A stretch of DNA of 64,000 nucleotides from Welwitschia mirabilis (Eukaryota): assembly GCA_051453625.1 (NCBI GenBank), contig JBOZIK010000001.1, positions 18,518,089 to 18,582,088 of the forward strand, written 5' to 3'. Positions 14,001 through 28,700 of the stretch are shown in pieces (positions within the stretch are counted from its first letter, which is position 1; every line of letters starts with the position of its first letter). The notes beneath the pieces are model-generated. The model was not told the origin of the DNA. It saw nothing but the letters and a program-made list of their open reading frames with translations, and searched no databases. The position numbers were made by a program, and so were the translations under genes.

Positions 14001-17000
14001 TTCCTTAATGGCTTTGGAAGGATAACATCATGAAAAAACAATTAGAGGCTTTAGAAATATTTAAAGAAGTTAAGATAAATATCCCTTCTTAAAAGCCATT
14101 AAGTAAGTTCCTTCTTACGCAAACTTCCTCAAAGACATGTGTATAATGGAAAGGTGCATGTATATAAAAAGTGAAGTCTTCTTAATACAACAAACAAGTG
14201 TAGTCATTTAAAACCAATTTCCACCCAGGTACAAATACCTTAGATGTACTACAATTGCAATTACCATAAAAAATAAGCAACTTAAGTAAGCCTTATTAGA
14301 TTTAGTACCTACTATAAAGTTGCTTACTTATGGAACCTAAAAAAAATTTAGGCTTAAGGCTTAAAAACATAAAACTCCAACTCTAAGTCTCTGATAATTC
14401 TATAAAAATGTCATTAGGGGTTATTAAGGATGTTATCATTAGGATAGATAGATATTATTTCCTAGTGGATTTTATGGTTTTAAACATATAAAACATAGTA
14501 AACTATTTAGTACCTGTCATCTTAGGAAGACCTTTCCTAACAACCTTAAATGCCATGATTAATTGTAGGAATAGTTTGATAAAAATATCCTTTGGAAACA
14601 TGATGATAGATTTAAATGATTTTAATGTCATGAAATTACTTTCTATTGATGATAAAATAGAAGATATGAATAGGTTAAAAATCCTGCTAGATAATCAAGA
14701 AACTTCCACTCACTTTCATAAGGACGATGCCTTAGAGTTTCCTTAAGTATCATACACTATCACTTAGGATTAAGCCCTCATTAAAATCAGGACTTTTCCA
14801 AATAATCTTAAATATAATTTCTTAAGGTATAATTCCACTTTCCTAATAGTGATCAATTCCTCTTTATCATCATCTAAAAAACTGAGTTACTAAATCTTTT
14901 GAGGAAACATAAATAGGTAATAGGATGAATCCTTTCTAACATTAATAGTATTGACCCTAGTATTTGAATGCATTATCTTTACTTAGAAGAAAATGCTAAG
15001 CCATCCATAGAAGCCTAATGAAGAATAAACCTAACCATGAAAGAGGTAGTGAAAAATGAAGTAATCAAACTCTCAAATAATGGAATAATATTTCATCTCA
15101 AATAGCAAGTGGGTAAGTCCAATCTAAATGGTAGTAAAAAAAATTTAGAATTAATCTAGTTTCAAATGAACATAATTAACTTATCCATACTAGATTCATA
15201 TTAAATGGAGAATGTGCATAGACTATTGAAAGTTAAATGCCATCTTAAGAAAGGATCATTTCCCACTTCCATTCTGATCAAATCCTTGAAAACATTTGGG
15301 ACTTTTTTTTACTACTTTCTAGATAGATATTCAATGTTAAACAAAATAGAATCCATCCTTGACTAAGATAAAACTATATTTACCTATCCATATGGAAGAT
15401 CTACCTATAGAAGAATGCCATTTGATTTGTGCAATGCTATTACCATGTTTCAATGTTGCATGCTTAGAAGTTTTTAGAATTTACTACACTCTCATGTTTT
15501 AATATTCATAGATGATTTTTTAGTTCATGGAGCCTATTTTGACCCTTAACTTAGAACTGTCCTTATGTGATACATAGAAAAACACCTTGTGCTTAATTGG
15601 AAAAACAAAGGCATAGTATTAAGACATATCTTCTCTTTAGAAGAAATTTAAGTAGACCCTACAAAAGTCTTATTAATCACCTACCCAACCACTCCTCAAA
15701 AACAAAGATATATTAGGTTTTTTTTAGGACATACAAGATATTACAGGAGATTTATTAAGGATTTTACTAAAATTTTCAAATCACTTTATGACCTCCTAAG
15801 CAAAGATGCCTTTTTTAACTAGACTCATGAGTGCTAACAATATTTCAAAGGAAAAAATTACATTTACCCTTATTGTTCAATCATCTAATTGAAAGTTATC
15901 ATTTGAAATTATATGTGATGCTAGAAATTATGTGGTTGAAGCTATGTTAGGACAAAGAATAAATAAAAAACCAGTCACAATCTATTATGCAAGTAAAACT
16001 CTGAGCGTCACTCAACTAAATTACATAATTATTGAAATAGAGCTCCTCACCATAGTCTTTGCCTTAGAAATAATTATTTAATACTCTATAGATTTTAAGA
16101 TAATTATTTACACAAATCACTCAACCCTTAGATACCTATTTGCTACAAAGGATTTAAATCTTAGATTAATCAAATGGATTCCATTTTTGTAGAAGTTTGA
16201 TTTAGAAATTAAGAATAACAAGAGCTTTGAAAATATCTCAGGAAAACTTGTAAATATCTCTTTCCATCAGTAATACCTCCTCTGATGAACACCTCTTCTT
16301 AGTTTTAAAAATATCTTGGTTTATCAATATTACCAAATACTTAGTTTCCAAGGTCATTTCCTCTCACTAGACCATTAATGATAAGAATAAAATTCTTAAA
16401 TTAGGCTAAATATTTCTTTTAAGATAGTTCTTATCTATTTAAGTATTACCTAGATCAAGTCATCTATAGATGTATCCCTCAATCTAAAATTCATGACATT
16501 ATTAGGCATTGTCATCTAAGGCTTATGATGGCCATTATTCTAATAATAAAATTGTCATGAAAATTCTTCAATCTAATTTTTATTTGTCATCTATTTTTAA
16601 AGATTCCTACCTCTATTGCAAAACTTGTGAAAATTGCCAAAAACTTGATAGCCTATTATGGAAACATATGATGCCTTTAAACCCCATTTGCATCGTACAA
16701 TCCTTTGATGTTTGGGGAATTGACTTTCAAGGCCCATATCGCTCTTCAAATGGATACCATTACATTCTTTTTTATATTGATTGTGTTATTAAATAGGTGG
16801 AAGCATGCAGTTGTCAATCTAACAATGCCCAAAAAGTGATGACCTTTAAGAAAAACATCTTAATGAGATTTGTGGATTCTTAAGTTTTAATTAGTGATGG
16901 AGGAACTTACTTTTGCAATAGAATATTTAATAATCTTCTCACTAAGTATGGGGTCACTCATAAAGTTGTAACATCATACCATCCCTAAAGTAGCAGTCAA

Positions 17001-18498
17001 GTTGAGATTAACACTAAAGAAATTAAGAATATTTTGCAAAAGGTAGTAAAATCAACTAGAAAAGATTGGTTTTTTAAGCTTAATGACATCTTATGGGTTT
17101 ATCGAGTAGCTTATAAGACACCTCTAGGAATGTCCCTGTTCAGGTTATTTTATGGAAAAGCTTGTCATATACCTATAGAGCTTGAACACAAAGCATATTG
17201 AGTAATTAAAGACATGAACTTAGATCTTAAGGTAGTAGAGAAGAAAAGGGCTATACAACTTAATGAGTTAGATGAAATTAGAAATATCACTTATGAGAAC
17301 ATAAAAACCAATATGAAAAGGATTAAGAAATTACATGATCAAAACATCCTTAGGGAAACATTTCAAGAAGAAGAATTAGTTTTACTATACAATTGATGAT
17401 TACATTTATTCCTAAAAAACTAGTTTCTAAGTGGAAAGGCCCATATCTAATAAAAAAGATTTTGCCAAATGATGTATTTCTTATAGAAAATACTAAAAAC
17501 AACAAAAAATTAAAAGTTAATGGGTTGTCACCTTAAGCATTATCGTTTACCCCTCTCATACACTTATGAATTTATGAGACTTATAGGCCTAAGTTAATGG
17601 CTTTTAATAAAAATCAATAATAAGAGATCTCACTATCATTTTAAGTAATGGTTGAAATTAAGTACACTTCTGGGTTTGTAAAGAAAAGTTATGATTATTT
17701 TGATTTTAATTATTAAAGTCATATTTACTTTAGGTCTTCAATTTAAAACATAGTTGAGAAAGTAGAATCTACCTACATATTATGTTTCTTGTGTTTAAAG
17801 CTTTTCACGGGAATAAGATTTTTCTTAATTAGGCTAATGAGCTAATGATCCTTCTTATGTGCATAAAAAATAAATATGAAAAGAAAAATGAAAAGAAAAA
17901 ATAATGTTCTTCTCCAAACACACATCTCATTAATCACTTAACTGGGTTTAGTTAATTACATTAGGCTATGGACACTCAGTGGCAATATAGTTCTAATGAT
18001 CTAATTATGACATAATCAACTGCATTAGGGCTATAAATGCTTATAGGTAATGCAACTCTAATTTATTTATAAAACAACATGCTTAACTCTATTGAAATAA
18101 AATGTCATAAATTGAATGCTTAATGTGATTCAAAGGCTTAAAAAGAATATATATGCTAGTAGAAAAGAAAAATAAAGAAAATAAAGTAGTGGGAATTGGG
18201 GGCCATCTAAGTTCTATTAACTTTTATACTTAAGATTTGTTATGATTTTTAAAATTGTATAAATTATTTGGTCAAAACTAAAATTATTTGATCCATTAAA
18301 AATCACCAAAGTATAATAAAGGTCATTGAATTAGGTAGGTTATCTCCTTTATTCATTAGTTATATGGTTAAGTTCTTTGCCATATTTCATTTTCAATCTC
18401 CATTACCCATTCCACTTCACCCCCATTTCATGAGAAATAACATCATAAAGCATAAATCATTTTTATGGATCAAATTTTTACTTAACATTTTTTAGGAA
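11007..18498 (+). mobile_element. Athila-type element C nested in A: 5' LTR (11007 to the gap at 11496), leader, decayed gag-pol and 3' region; 3' LTR not seen
   Basis: LTR start tgtttaaatgcaaaaattgacatc and TATA ctataaaagggccttgagcc (~11331). Sequence after the gap (11722) matches the post-PBS leader at 55581. Full gag-PR-RT-RH-INT order follows. Confidence 0.7.
12530..17580 (+). pseudogene. Decayed Athila gag-pol polyprotein (gag, zinc knuckle, protease, RT, RNase H, integrase)
   Basis: Manual translation gives LFPF.LKEKA (gag, ~12755), KCSICH (13291), KTYNPG*RN (Athila signature, ~13425), ALLDL (PR, ~14290), LGRPFL (~14520), SKWVSP, WRMCIDY*KLN, KDHFP, IFIDDF (RT, 15502-15519) and EIICDA (RH, ~15905). 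ORFs 16509-16796 (FDVWGIDFQGP) and 17214-17396 are integrase. Many stops and frameshifts. Confidence 0.92.
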
Positions 18499-18598
18499 NN
18501 NNNNNNNNNNNNNNNNNNNNNNNNNNNNNNNNNNNNNNNNNNNNNNNNNNNNNNNNNNNNNNNNNNNNNNNNNNNNNNNNNNNNNNNNNNNNNNNNNN

Positions 18599-18674
<76 letters not shown>
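18599..18674 (+). repeat. (GT)n microsatellite, 38 units visible, left end at an assembly gap
   Basis: Perfect GT run directly after the N gap. Confidence 0.97.
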
Positions 18675-18675
<1 letters not shown>

Positions 18676-18699
18676 GTATCATGCTATTCTAGATACAAA

Positions 18700-21230
18700 A
18701 TGCTATTTAGTAGGAGGATGAAAGAGAAAAATGAGTGACAGAAATGTCATAACAACCTTAACCATAAATCTATTTCTAGAAAGCAAAGAAAGAAAATAAT
18801 AAAACAAAAAGGAATATAGGAAGAAGATCACCATTAAGATGGGGATCATTTTGGCAAAATGCTTTAGTAATAGGACTTAGCAAGAAGGTTAAAAGGGAAG
18901 CTCTAATCATCCTGTAAAGAACATAACAGAATCTCTAATGCTTTAATGTTACCTACAGAAAGGAACATAAGCTTATCAATATGCCTCTGTGTAACATTTT
19001 GGTATTCTAATATAAAGCTGAAAAACTAACATTTTGATATCATTGTGTGCATGTCTTATTACTTGAAAAAGTAATATTATCTTCTATTTTCTCTTATTTG
19101 TATAGCTAAACATGAACTAGAATAATTAACAGTGCTTAGAAATAAGTTTATTCAACATTTAATTTTTATCATGTTTATATACTTTTTCTATTTTTCCATA
19201 ATGTAGTATATGTAAATAGTGAACTTTTTCATCAAATAAACCAACCTGACTAGTTCAAGTAACATCATCATGATAATATCATGATGATGTATTTTAAACT
19301 AAACGATTAAATATTAAGTAGTTCTTTAGTAAGCCTTTGATTTTTATTTAATGGTTTAAACTTATTTTAGGTTAACAATATCATAGTTTTACACTTTCCC
19401 AACATAGTTTCTTAATATTTTATACATTTGTTTCATCATATAAGATTTCATCCATAGTTAATAAAGTAATATTAGGTTGTATTTATTGAGGTTTTTCCCT
19501 AGCACCTTTCTAGTACTGTTGTAAGTTTATCATAAACAAGGTAATTCTCATGAACCTTTTTGAATTATCTCATAANNNNNNNNNNAGTGATTATATTAGG
19601 CCCTCTCAACCTTATATGAAACACTTAATAATCAATGTCATGATGTAAAACTTTATATAACCATAATAAATTATTTAAGTTTTTTAGATGTTATTTAGAA
19701 TTTTCACTCATGGATTGAATAGATTCTTAAAAATGTAAAAAGTTTATTAAAGGTTGGAAGGATTAATAAAAATTAGATTAGCCATCACATTCTGTGTTAA
19801 TAGTTGTGTATCAAATGCGAAGGAAATTTTGATTAGGAACTCAAAATTTCAATTCCAAATTAAAGGCAAAGTAATAAACAATTTTAGAAGAGAGCTTATT
19901 CATCTTGAAGAGTAAAATCAGAAGGGGAATTCACATGGAGGGATTAATACATTTTGATCATTCATGTAATGAAATTTCAGAGAAGGATAAGAATATGATA
20001 GGTTTAATCTTTTAAAGAAGAAAGATAGAGAAATGCAAAAATTTATTGGAATTAGAGGGATTTGGGGCCTCCTTTTGACACTAGGAAATATGTTGATGCA
20101 TGAATTATAGTTAAGGAATCATGAAGGAATAAAGAAGATGTGTAACCTAATATGGAAAACTTATTTAGATAGATGGTTACCTTTAGTTATATCCCTAGGA
20201 TATAATGAAATTTGAGAATAATCCTAATTCTATAGAAGTAAATGAAAAGGATGTGATTAGAAAAACAAAGTTTAAGAAAAGGGATTACAAAATATATTTA
20301 TTCTAATTTGTTAAAAGTAAAAGTATAAAGTTTTAAAGAATTCCATTTTTTTTTAAGTACTAAGGAAACATGATGAAGTAAAAAGAAATAAAATAGAAGT
20401 AGCAATTATAATAGAAATGTAAAAAGTAATGAGGAAGGTAAGAGATCATGCAAGGTAAAAGAGTGATAGGATAAAGGATTAGGAAAAAATAAGAAAGATG
20501 GAATAATATGAAAATGTGATATTAAAGCAAAGGTAAAAAGATAAGAATCATGTTGATGTTACCTAAAACAAAGATAAGGTAAGGTAGCTATGGTTGTAGC
20601 CTAAGAAAGAAGATAAACTTTTATCATAATTAGTAAGATTGGGTTGTGTTTTACTTCACATGGAAGATTATGTTCTTGAGTACTAGATTGCAGAAAAGGT
20701 ATTTTAAGATCACTATAAGTGTCATGTAAAATGAAAGTATGAAGCCAAAACATTTATTAGTTAATTAGACACTAGAAATAAATGTATTTAATTATTAAAA
20801 TCATTTTATCATGACCAACTCTTGAGTCACAATTACAAAATGTGAACATAAAAACTTCTCTAATGTAAATCATGTATTTTCTTCAAAGATCTTTGAAATT
20901 AAAAGAAAATGGAATTTGATAACAATACTACTTTTGTTAAAGAAAAATGGTAAAAGGTGAAAATTGATTAAAATATATGTGAGTGATATTATAATTTTTT
21001 TAAATACAAAATATGTATGACATTGCTTTAAAATGTAGTAGAAGTATAAAGTGGCCTACAAAAATGTTTAAGAATAAAATACCTCTCAAAACCAATTATA
21101 TACTGGAATCTTAGAGCCACATAAAATAATAATAATAAAAATAAAACTCTACAAGTGAATATATAAGGATATGTGCAAACACATTTTAATTAAGTTAAAA
21201 ACATACGGCTAAAAAAAAATAAAGATACAT
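18700..21230 (+). mobile_element. Highly decayed Ty3/Gypsy fragment (LTR-like part, then gag/protease-like remnants), non-Athila type
   Basis: Purine-rich gag-like remnants at 19900-20700 (..F.YIP.GY.E.L..) and a protease C-terminus-like stretch at ~20870-20960. No intact motif. Confidence 0.35.
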
Positions 21231-21899
21231 AACTAGAATACAGTAACAAGTAATACACATAATATGCTTATAAGCCACATTGATGCCAAGCCCTAAAAAA
21301 TGCTTACATCCAAAACTATAGTAGGTGAACAAGCTTCATGCACCCCTAGTGTGGTAATCCAGCTCTTGGAAAGAATCAAAGAATTTGATAAGAAGCCATC
21401 CTATTATCATAAAAACTATATCACAGTTATGCATTACATTAAAGCATGATCTATCTATTTGCAAAGAAGTTGAGGGTGGCATATGAAGTACACAGGTGAA
21501 GAAAACTTTGAGTGAAGTCAAAAAAAGGTAGTCTGGAAGGGCAGGTGCTATATACTCTAGCTAGAAGAAGGTGTATCATTTTTTAGTAATAGAGATACAC
21601 GTAAAGAATGCCTACTAGACTTATCAAATTGTCCATCCCCATGTCTTTACATAGCTAGAAATTGCATTTAATAACTACCATTAGTACACTTTAATAAAAG
21701 AAGCTTTTTTTCAACATTAGTATGCCCATTTAAGTAGCATGAAATATCTTTTATTGATTATACCATTTTCATAGTAGAAGAGTTTATTTTCAGATGAGCA
21801 CTAGAGGAGAATAGGTGGCATTTATGTTTAACTTAAAATGTTACAGCCATTTGAGCATAATGGTCGTATGAGGGATTAAAAAAGTTAATAATAAACTTA

Positions 21900-22560
21900 G
21901 CTTTAAAACCTATTTTTTCTTAATAGCATAATTGATACACTTAATTGAATAATAAGGATAAAAAATTTGTTTTGGTTAAATCTTAAAATAACCCCTAAAC
22001 TAAAAGATTAATAAAGAGTTATTATGGGAATAATCATTCTAATTAGATTGATCATAATCATCTCGTGATAATTTTAGAACATCTAGTAAACACATGTTAT
22101 TATAAAGTTAAATATATTATTATATATCCTTAAAGAAGTAGTTAAAGAAAAAGAATGATAAGAACCGTTAGTAGGTATTTGCTAATATGAATTATGAAAG
22201 CTTTTGTGCCTTATGGATTCATTAATAAGTAATGGGTTTATGCATCTTGATGATCACTTATATTTCATGGATCTTCTTTTAGTTTAATTTATTAATCCTA
22301 TTAATTTTATTGCTTTTCTTATGAGAATTTCTAAGTTTTCACTTGGATCATGTTATTGCAACAACTCCTTATTAAACTTATTTCTTTTTGCCCTTTAGTA
22401 TTTACTTCTAATAAAATAGGCTCAAATGTCAAACTTTTTGGGAAATAAATGGAGATTTATTTAGTTGTAAAATCTAATTTCTCCAAGATATTCTTGAATT
22501 CTTTATTTTCTTCTATCATCTTCTTGATTATTATTTTAATCGATAAGAATCATTTAAATT
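21900..22560 (-). pseudogene. Retrotransposon gag fragment
   Basis: Minus strand gives INLHLFPK.LT...AY (Retrotrans_gag-like LFP.SL motif) near 22470; the rest is decayed. Confidence 0.35.
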
Positions 22561-22570
22561 TAAATTCTCA

Positions 22571-23060
22571 ATGAAATATTATGGCTCCTATCAAATAGCT
22601 TATAAGACTCCATTAGAAATGTTTCCTTTTAGCTTAGTCTATGGAAAAGCATGTCATCTACCTATAGAACTTAAATACAAATCATATGATAAAATTAAAG
22701 ACATGAACTTAGATCTTGAGGTAGAAAGGAAGAAAATAACTACACAACTTAATGAATTAGATGATATTAAGAATGATACTTATAAAAACATAAAAAATTA
22801 ATAGATAAAGAATATAGAAATTAAACAATTAAAACATCCTTAGAACAACATTTCAAGAAGGAAAACTATTTTCACTCTATAACTCATAATTACTTTTATG
22901 TTTAAGAAAACTATCTTTTAAGTGGAAAGAACTATATCCTAAAAAAAAAGGTTTTGATAAAAGGTGCATTTCTCATCAAAAAGACTAAAAACCACTAAGA
23001 ATTCCAAGTCAATGATTATTGCCTTAAAATTTATCATCCACTCCTCCAATCAACTCATGA
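22571..23060 (+). pseudogene. Athila integrase C-terminal fragment (element A)
   Basis: ORF 22571-22801 AYKTPLEMFPFSLVYGKACHLPIELKYK...QLNELDDIK; paralogous to 17100-17580. Confidence 0.9.
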
Positions 23061-24374
23061 ATTTATGAGACACACACATCCAGGTTGCTGGCCTTTGATA
23101 AAAATTAATAATAAATAATCATATTATCATTTGAGTAATGGTTAAGATTAAGTGCACTTATGGGTTTTTAAAAAAACGTTACATTTATTTTGAGTTTTAT
23201 TATTAAAATCATGTTCACTTAAAGTCTTCAATTTTGGTAACATATGGATGAAAAAGGTGGAATTTACTTTTATATTATGTTTCTTAGATTGAAAGATTTT
23301 AATAGGGACACAAATTTTCGTGATTAGGCTAACGAGCTAATGACCCCTAAAATGTGTACAAAAAATGAATATGAGAAGAAGAACAAAAACAAAAATAATA
23401 TTTATTCTCAAAAATCTAATCTCAGTAATCACTTGTTTGATTTTAATTAACTATGTTGGAGCTATAGACACTAGTTGTTAATGCAGCTCTACTGAATCTA
23501 TTTATGAAATAATCAACTATATCAGGGCTATAAACACTTGCTAGTAATTCATCACTAATTTTTTTACAAATTCACATGTTTAATTTCATTAGAATAAAAT
23601 GTTATAACATAAATACTTCATGTAATTTAAATGCTTAAAAAAGAACATATATGCTAGTAGAAAAAAAATAATGGAAAGAAAAATATGGTAATTGAAGGCC
23701 TTCTGATTTCTATTGCCTTTAATTATTCTTAAGATTTGCTTTGATTTATTAAAATTTTATAAGTTATTTGATTAATACTGTGCTTGTTTGATATTAAGAT
23801 CCATTAAAAATTATAAAAATGTAATAAAGGCCATTAACTTATATCAATTTTCTCCTTTATTCATCAGTTGTGTGGTTGAATCCTTTACCATATTTTCATT
23901 TTCCATCTTTATTACCCATTCCACTTTACCCATATTTTATGAGAAATAACTTCATGAGGTATAAATTATTTCTATGAGTCAAATTTTTACTTCACATTTT
24001 TAGCAATAAATTAAAAAAAATAGTTATCTTTCATTAGATAATTTTTTATTCATAGTTTAGCTTACATTAATTTGCACTATTTTCTTTTAATAAAAATGTC
24101 TTATTGAAATTTTCTAAGGATGTGTTCTCAAAATGGTTCTAACACTTTCTATCATAAAACTTTAAGGATCAAGTTCAATTTTGATTAGGGAGTATAACAT
24201 TCATTTTTCACATAATTTTTATATTTTAATGCCTTGTTTTCAAAAATTAGTCATAAAAGTCAAAAAGATATATCATTTTTCACACCTAAATACTTTCCTT
24301 CAGATGATTTCTCATGTTAATCATTTTGTTATTAACTTTTTGCTAAGAGTCTAGCAAAAGTCTAGTTGGAGGTG

Positions 24375-25660
24375 TAGTAACATGTAAAAATTAACATTTA
24401 TATCAAGTGTTTTAGGCTGATTTAGTATAAATGAAGATATTAATTTAATTATTTTAATTATAAATTATGTTTTCTATTATTTTTAAAATAAAAATTAACT
24501 TTATGATATTCTTCATAACAATTGTATATTTTTAGTCATGTTTTGGAATACATGGTAAAAGACAAACATAATTCCACACAAAACATTGATCATAATGGAG
24601 ACATGGTGTGGTGACATGTAGTAGTAGTATTGGAAGACATGTAACATAGGCATGTGAAAGTGGCACTGGAGACATTTGGCAATAGCATTAGTTAGTAGAG
24701 TAATCTAACTCTAAAGGCACACGTTAGACTCATCATAACAAAGACTCTACTTAATGGTATATAACAATCTCTAACAAGTGTTAGAACAAAACCTGTACCA
24801 AATGCTAAATGTCAAAGATTATATCTAATGCTACAAAACAAAATCTTATCTACCTAATTCTATTAAAAAACTTCCACCAAATGCTATAGGATAAAATCTT
24901 ATCTACCAAATTCTAAATGACAAAGATTCTACTTAATGCTACAAGCCAAAGGCTTCTACCCTCACCTACAAAAAGGCCTTACGTCCTTGCTTGTAATTAC
25001 TCTTTGTTTTTGATAAAGTAGCAAAACTTTTAAAGTGTTAAGTCAACATGGCCTTCTGAGTACTCTCTTTGGGTGTAAGCTTACTTTGAGGATAGCTTAA
25101 GAAGTCTATATTAGCCTTCTTTTTCCACTAATGTAATGTGTATTTTTGAAATTACAATAACTTTGTACTTGTAATTCTTAAGTAAGAACTAGGTTATCAA
25201 GTTATATTATTAGTTACAATAAGTTCCCTGGTTAATTAATCTAAGTCTTTTTCATTTGATGAATCTTGAGTACTTTACATCCTTAACTTTCCATGATTAT
25301 TTAAGGGTTGTAAAGGACCAAGTGACTTTTAAATTCATCAATATTCATATGGTGAATAAGATTATATCATCATACCCTGAGTCACCACTACTAGATAGCT
25401 TAAGTATATTTTATGAATTTGTAGGATATGTTTGAATAGAAGGAGAGCTAAAGAAGGAATCAAGTTAAACCTTGGAGCTACTTCATTTTCTACCTCTCCA
25501 ATAAAGTTTCAACAACATTCTCCCCCTCTCTCTTTTTTCTATTTTCTTTTATTATAGTTACAGGACTTGTATAATTTCTATTAAGTTTACCACAATTATC
25601 TATGTGGAAGAATGATACTACATCTAGTTTATTTCAGTTTGATTGTACTACACATGAATA
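24375..25660 (+). repeat. 3' LTR of element A
   Basis: Follows the PPT aagtctagttggaggtg, is colinear with 9633-10934, and is followed by the TSD gtctt. Confidence 0.8.
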
Positions 25661-25665
25661 GTCTT

Positions 25666-25784
25666 GCATAACTATTTGTGTGTTTTCTTGTGTTTTTGGC
25701 TCTCTCCTTTGTCCCTAGGCAAAGAACAATAATTAGGTCCTTACCTAGTTTTACTATAAGTTTAGAAATAAACATACATAACCA
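25666..25784 (+). repeat. Remaining 3' end of the element B LTR
   Basis: Contains the LTR-terminal motif aagaacaat...ggtccttacctagttt seen at other LTR ends (10890, 55520, 61340) and ends ...aacCA. Confidence 0.6.
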
Positions 25785-28700
25785 AGTTTAAATATTTTTC
25801 TTAAATACTTATAATTAATTTCATTATTTAATTACAAATACAATTTTGTCACTATTTATTATTAGTATTCTTTTCTCAAATTTTTATTATTTATTATCTA
25901 GACATAAGAAATTGAGATTTTATTTGCTATGTTCAAAGAGATTCAGGGGATGTAAATTTTGGAAAAAAGATCTAAAATGAATAAGGTCATATCAATTTTA
26001 TGCTATAGTATACCTTGACTTTTGTAGTAGATCATGATCAATGAAAGATGTGCCCTAGTAGTTAAAACATATGCAATAGTTTTAAAATAAGAAACTTGGA
26101 TTTCTATCATAGTCTACATGAGCCTAATTATCATTTTTTTAATAGGGATTGTAAAGGTCTTTTTAATATTTTCAAGGACTCCTGATTATTTCATAGGTTG
26201 ATGTTCAGTATAAGGAGCTTTTGAAAAGTGATTAACCAAAAAATTAACATATCCTATTGGGAATTTAGAATAATTATTCACAAGATAATCTCTTACAGAT
26301 CTTAAATGCAAAGAAATTTTAAATAAGGAATATCATTTTTCAATGAAATATAGGTAATGAATCAAAAACTCATGTATATTTTCTTGTTAATATTATTATT
26401 TTTTATTCTAGCTTAAGATAAATTTTATATTTATTATTTAAATTAATTAGTAAATTTGTGTCAATTGTTAGTTGTTATGCATATGTTATATTAACAAATG
26501 TTGGTACAATTATCAATTAAGATTAGGCAAATAATAGACTGGGCTAGCTAAAATTTAAAGACTAATAAGAAACTACCTAACAAACACAACTAGGGAGGAG
26601 GGGGAAGGTGAGAAGCAAAGAGAAAGGAGCGAAGGATAGTTTTTAGTGGAAAGAAAAAGAGCTCATTTCTGGAAGGAAAGGTAATTTAATATAAAGAAGG
26701 AAGGCTAAGTTTAGAAATGGTCTTCTAGCAAGATGAAGAAAGACTAGAAGTGGTATTTTGTAAGACATCAATCATTGCATCTAATTAAGGCTCCAGTGCT
26801 ACCTCTAAAGAAGAAATAGACATCCATGCAAATATAGTATTTCTATTAAGAGAATTATTTTTATGTTGTAAATCATTACAACATTTTATCTTTATGTAGA
26901 ACTGAAAAATTATCAATTAAATGTTGTATTCATTCTAATTTTACTCAAAAATGTATTGTTTATTTTTCTTTAATCTAATGTATGATACTGAACAAATGCT
27001 AGGATACTTACATTGCTTAGGAGTGGGTTCTATTTTAGCATTTTAGTTTAGTTTATAAATGAACTTTACCTCTTTCTTCTTAAACATGTAAAATATGTAT
27101 ATAGTAATAATGAGTCGTACTTCAACCTAAAGTAGTTAAATTGTCCTTTATCAAGATTTTATTATGGTAATGCAATTTTAATTAAATTAGTTAGAGATTT
27201 GAACATTTTAACTAGTTTTTCAGTAAGCCTCTATATTTTAAAAATAAATGATAAAGGTTGATATGTAGGTTAATAGTATAGAATTTATAGATTTTTTATT
27301 GCATGTTATTTATACATATTTTTATTAACATTTAGCTCTATCATTTTTGGTGTTAGAAGGATGACACTCTTAAAGATAACTAATAAAGATGAAAAATTCA
27401 ATTTTTTAAAAAAATATTCAAGGAAAATGGAGGAATAAACAAGGCATGCATGTTCGACATCCTAAGAATATGATTTAAGATTAAAAAAAACTACAAATAA
27501 AATTAGATTAGAAATAGAGAAAAGAGATTTAGAGGTTGGGAAAACAAAATTAGGGCAAGTTGTTAAAGAAAAAGTCTTATTTCAACTTATGAGTGAAATG
27601 AAACAAAGATTATCTACTCTTCTTAAAGCACCTCTCACCTAAGGGTGATCATCTAGAATAAATAGAACTATGATAATTTAAAATCTCATAATAAAAAAAA
27701 GTGTGTAGTATATTATTATTGGGAGGCTGATAAAGATTCCACACCCTTGAATTACAATACCACTAGTTAGAAGATTTAAGGCCTACTAATCCTAATTCTT
27801 TATATTATCTTTAGAAGGTTAAAAATATAAACATTTCATTAATACCTACTTTTAAAGGAAATAAATAAAAAAGAAATCAAACGAACTCTTACTTCACATA
27901 AGTTTATTTAACTTCTTTTGTAAAGAAATCTATTTAGACTTAAAATCAAACTATTTGAGATATTTCCCCTTTTTAAAAAGACTCATAGCTGTGGTAACAT
28001 AGAAATCCCAATCATGCTTTTAGCTCATGGATAGCTCTCAGAAATGCCTTTTTAAATAAATTGCAACCTATGAGAGCAGTAGAATATTTATGAGGAAAAA
28101 ATTAAATATTAAATAAAATTAAAATAAAATAATTAATGAATTCATGGATAGGTTTAATATAATACTAGATAAATTTCCTAGCTATAGAATCTTTGTTAGA
28201 TAAAGAAGTCAAGCTTTAGTTAGGGAATTGCAAACTTAACCACTAAGGGAGTTGGATTTATCATGCAGAGGAAATATAAAAACTAAATATCTATAGGCAA
28301 TAATTGAGGATAATTACTCAGTTACATAATATGAGATAAGGATGGAGTAAGACAATGAGAAAAATAAGAAGGTAAATAAGATGTCAATGATAGAAATAGA
28401 AAGGAGTGTGTATATCTTTAAACATATTAGTCTTATGAAAGAATAAAATAAAAATGTAATTAGTAGTATGATACAAAAATTTGATAAGTTAGTTATATAA
28501 AATTTAAAAGAAGAATAAGGACCCACTTGTGAACATTGTGAAGAAGATAACCATGGAGAAGTAAAGTGCCCTTGGATATAAGAATTTCTTTAGTAAACAA
28601 ATATAAATAGGTTAGATTTAAACTTAAAAAATCATCCCTGAAAAAGAAAAATCCATACTCTTATCAAAATAATAAGAGAAAAGGAAGATTAGATAAACCT

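Larger units (their letters stand above)
9633..25660 (+). mobile_element. Athila-type Ty3/Gypsy element A (two LTRs, interior occupied by nested elements), inserted into the LTR of element B
   Basis: Paired LTRs 9633-10934 and 24375-25660. TSD atctt (9628-9632) / gtctt (25661-25665). Integrase C-terminus, 3' region and PPT precede the 3' LTR. Confidence 0.75.

Noticed and set aside
18482-18682. His-Thr repeat ORF (HTHTHT...)
   Set aside because: Translation of the (GT)n microsatellite.
21240-21800. Slightly GC-richer stretch with a 61-aa minus-strand ORF, a possible captured gene fragment
   Set aside because: No recognisable domain by eye; it lies among decayed Gypsy fragments and cannot be supported without a BLASTX search.
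27348-27362. tggtgttagaagg as a tRNA-Leu-like PBS for element D
   Set aside because: The position after a putative LTR is plausible, but the match is short and decayed and the LTR boundaries could not be confirmed without a second LTR.
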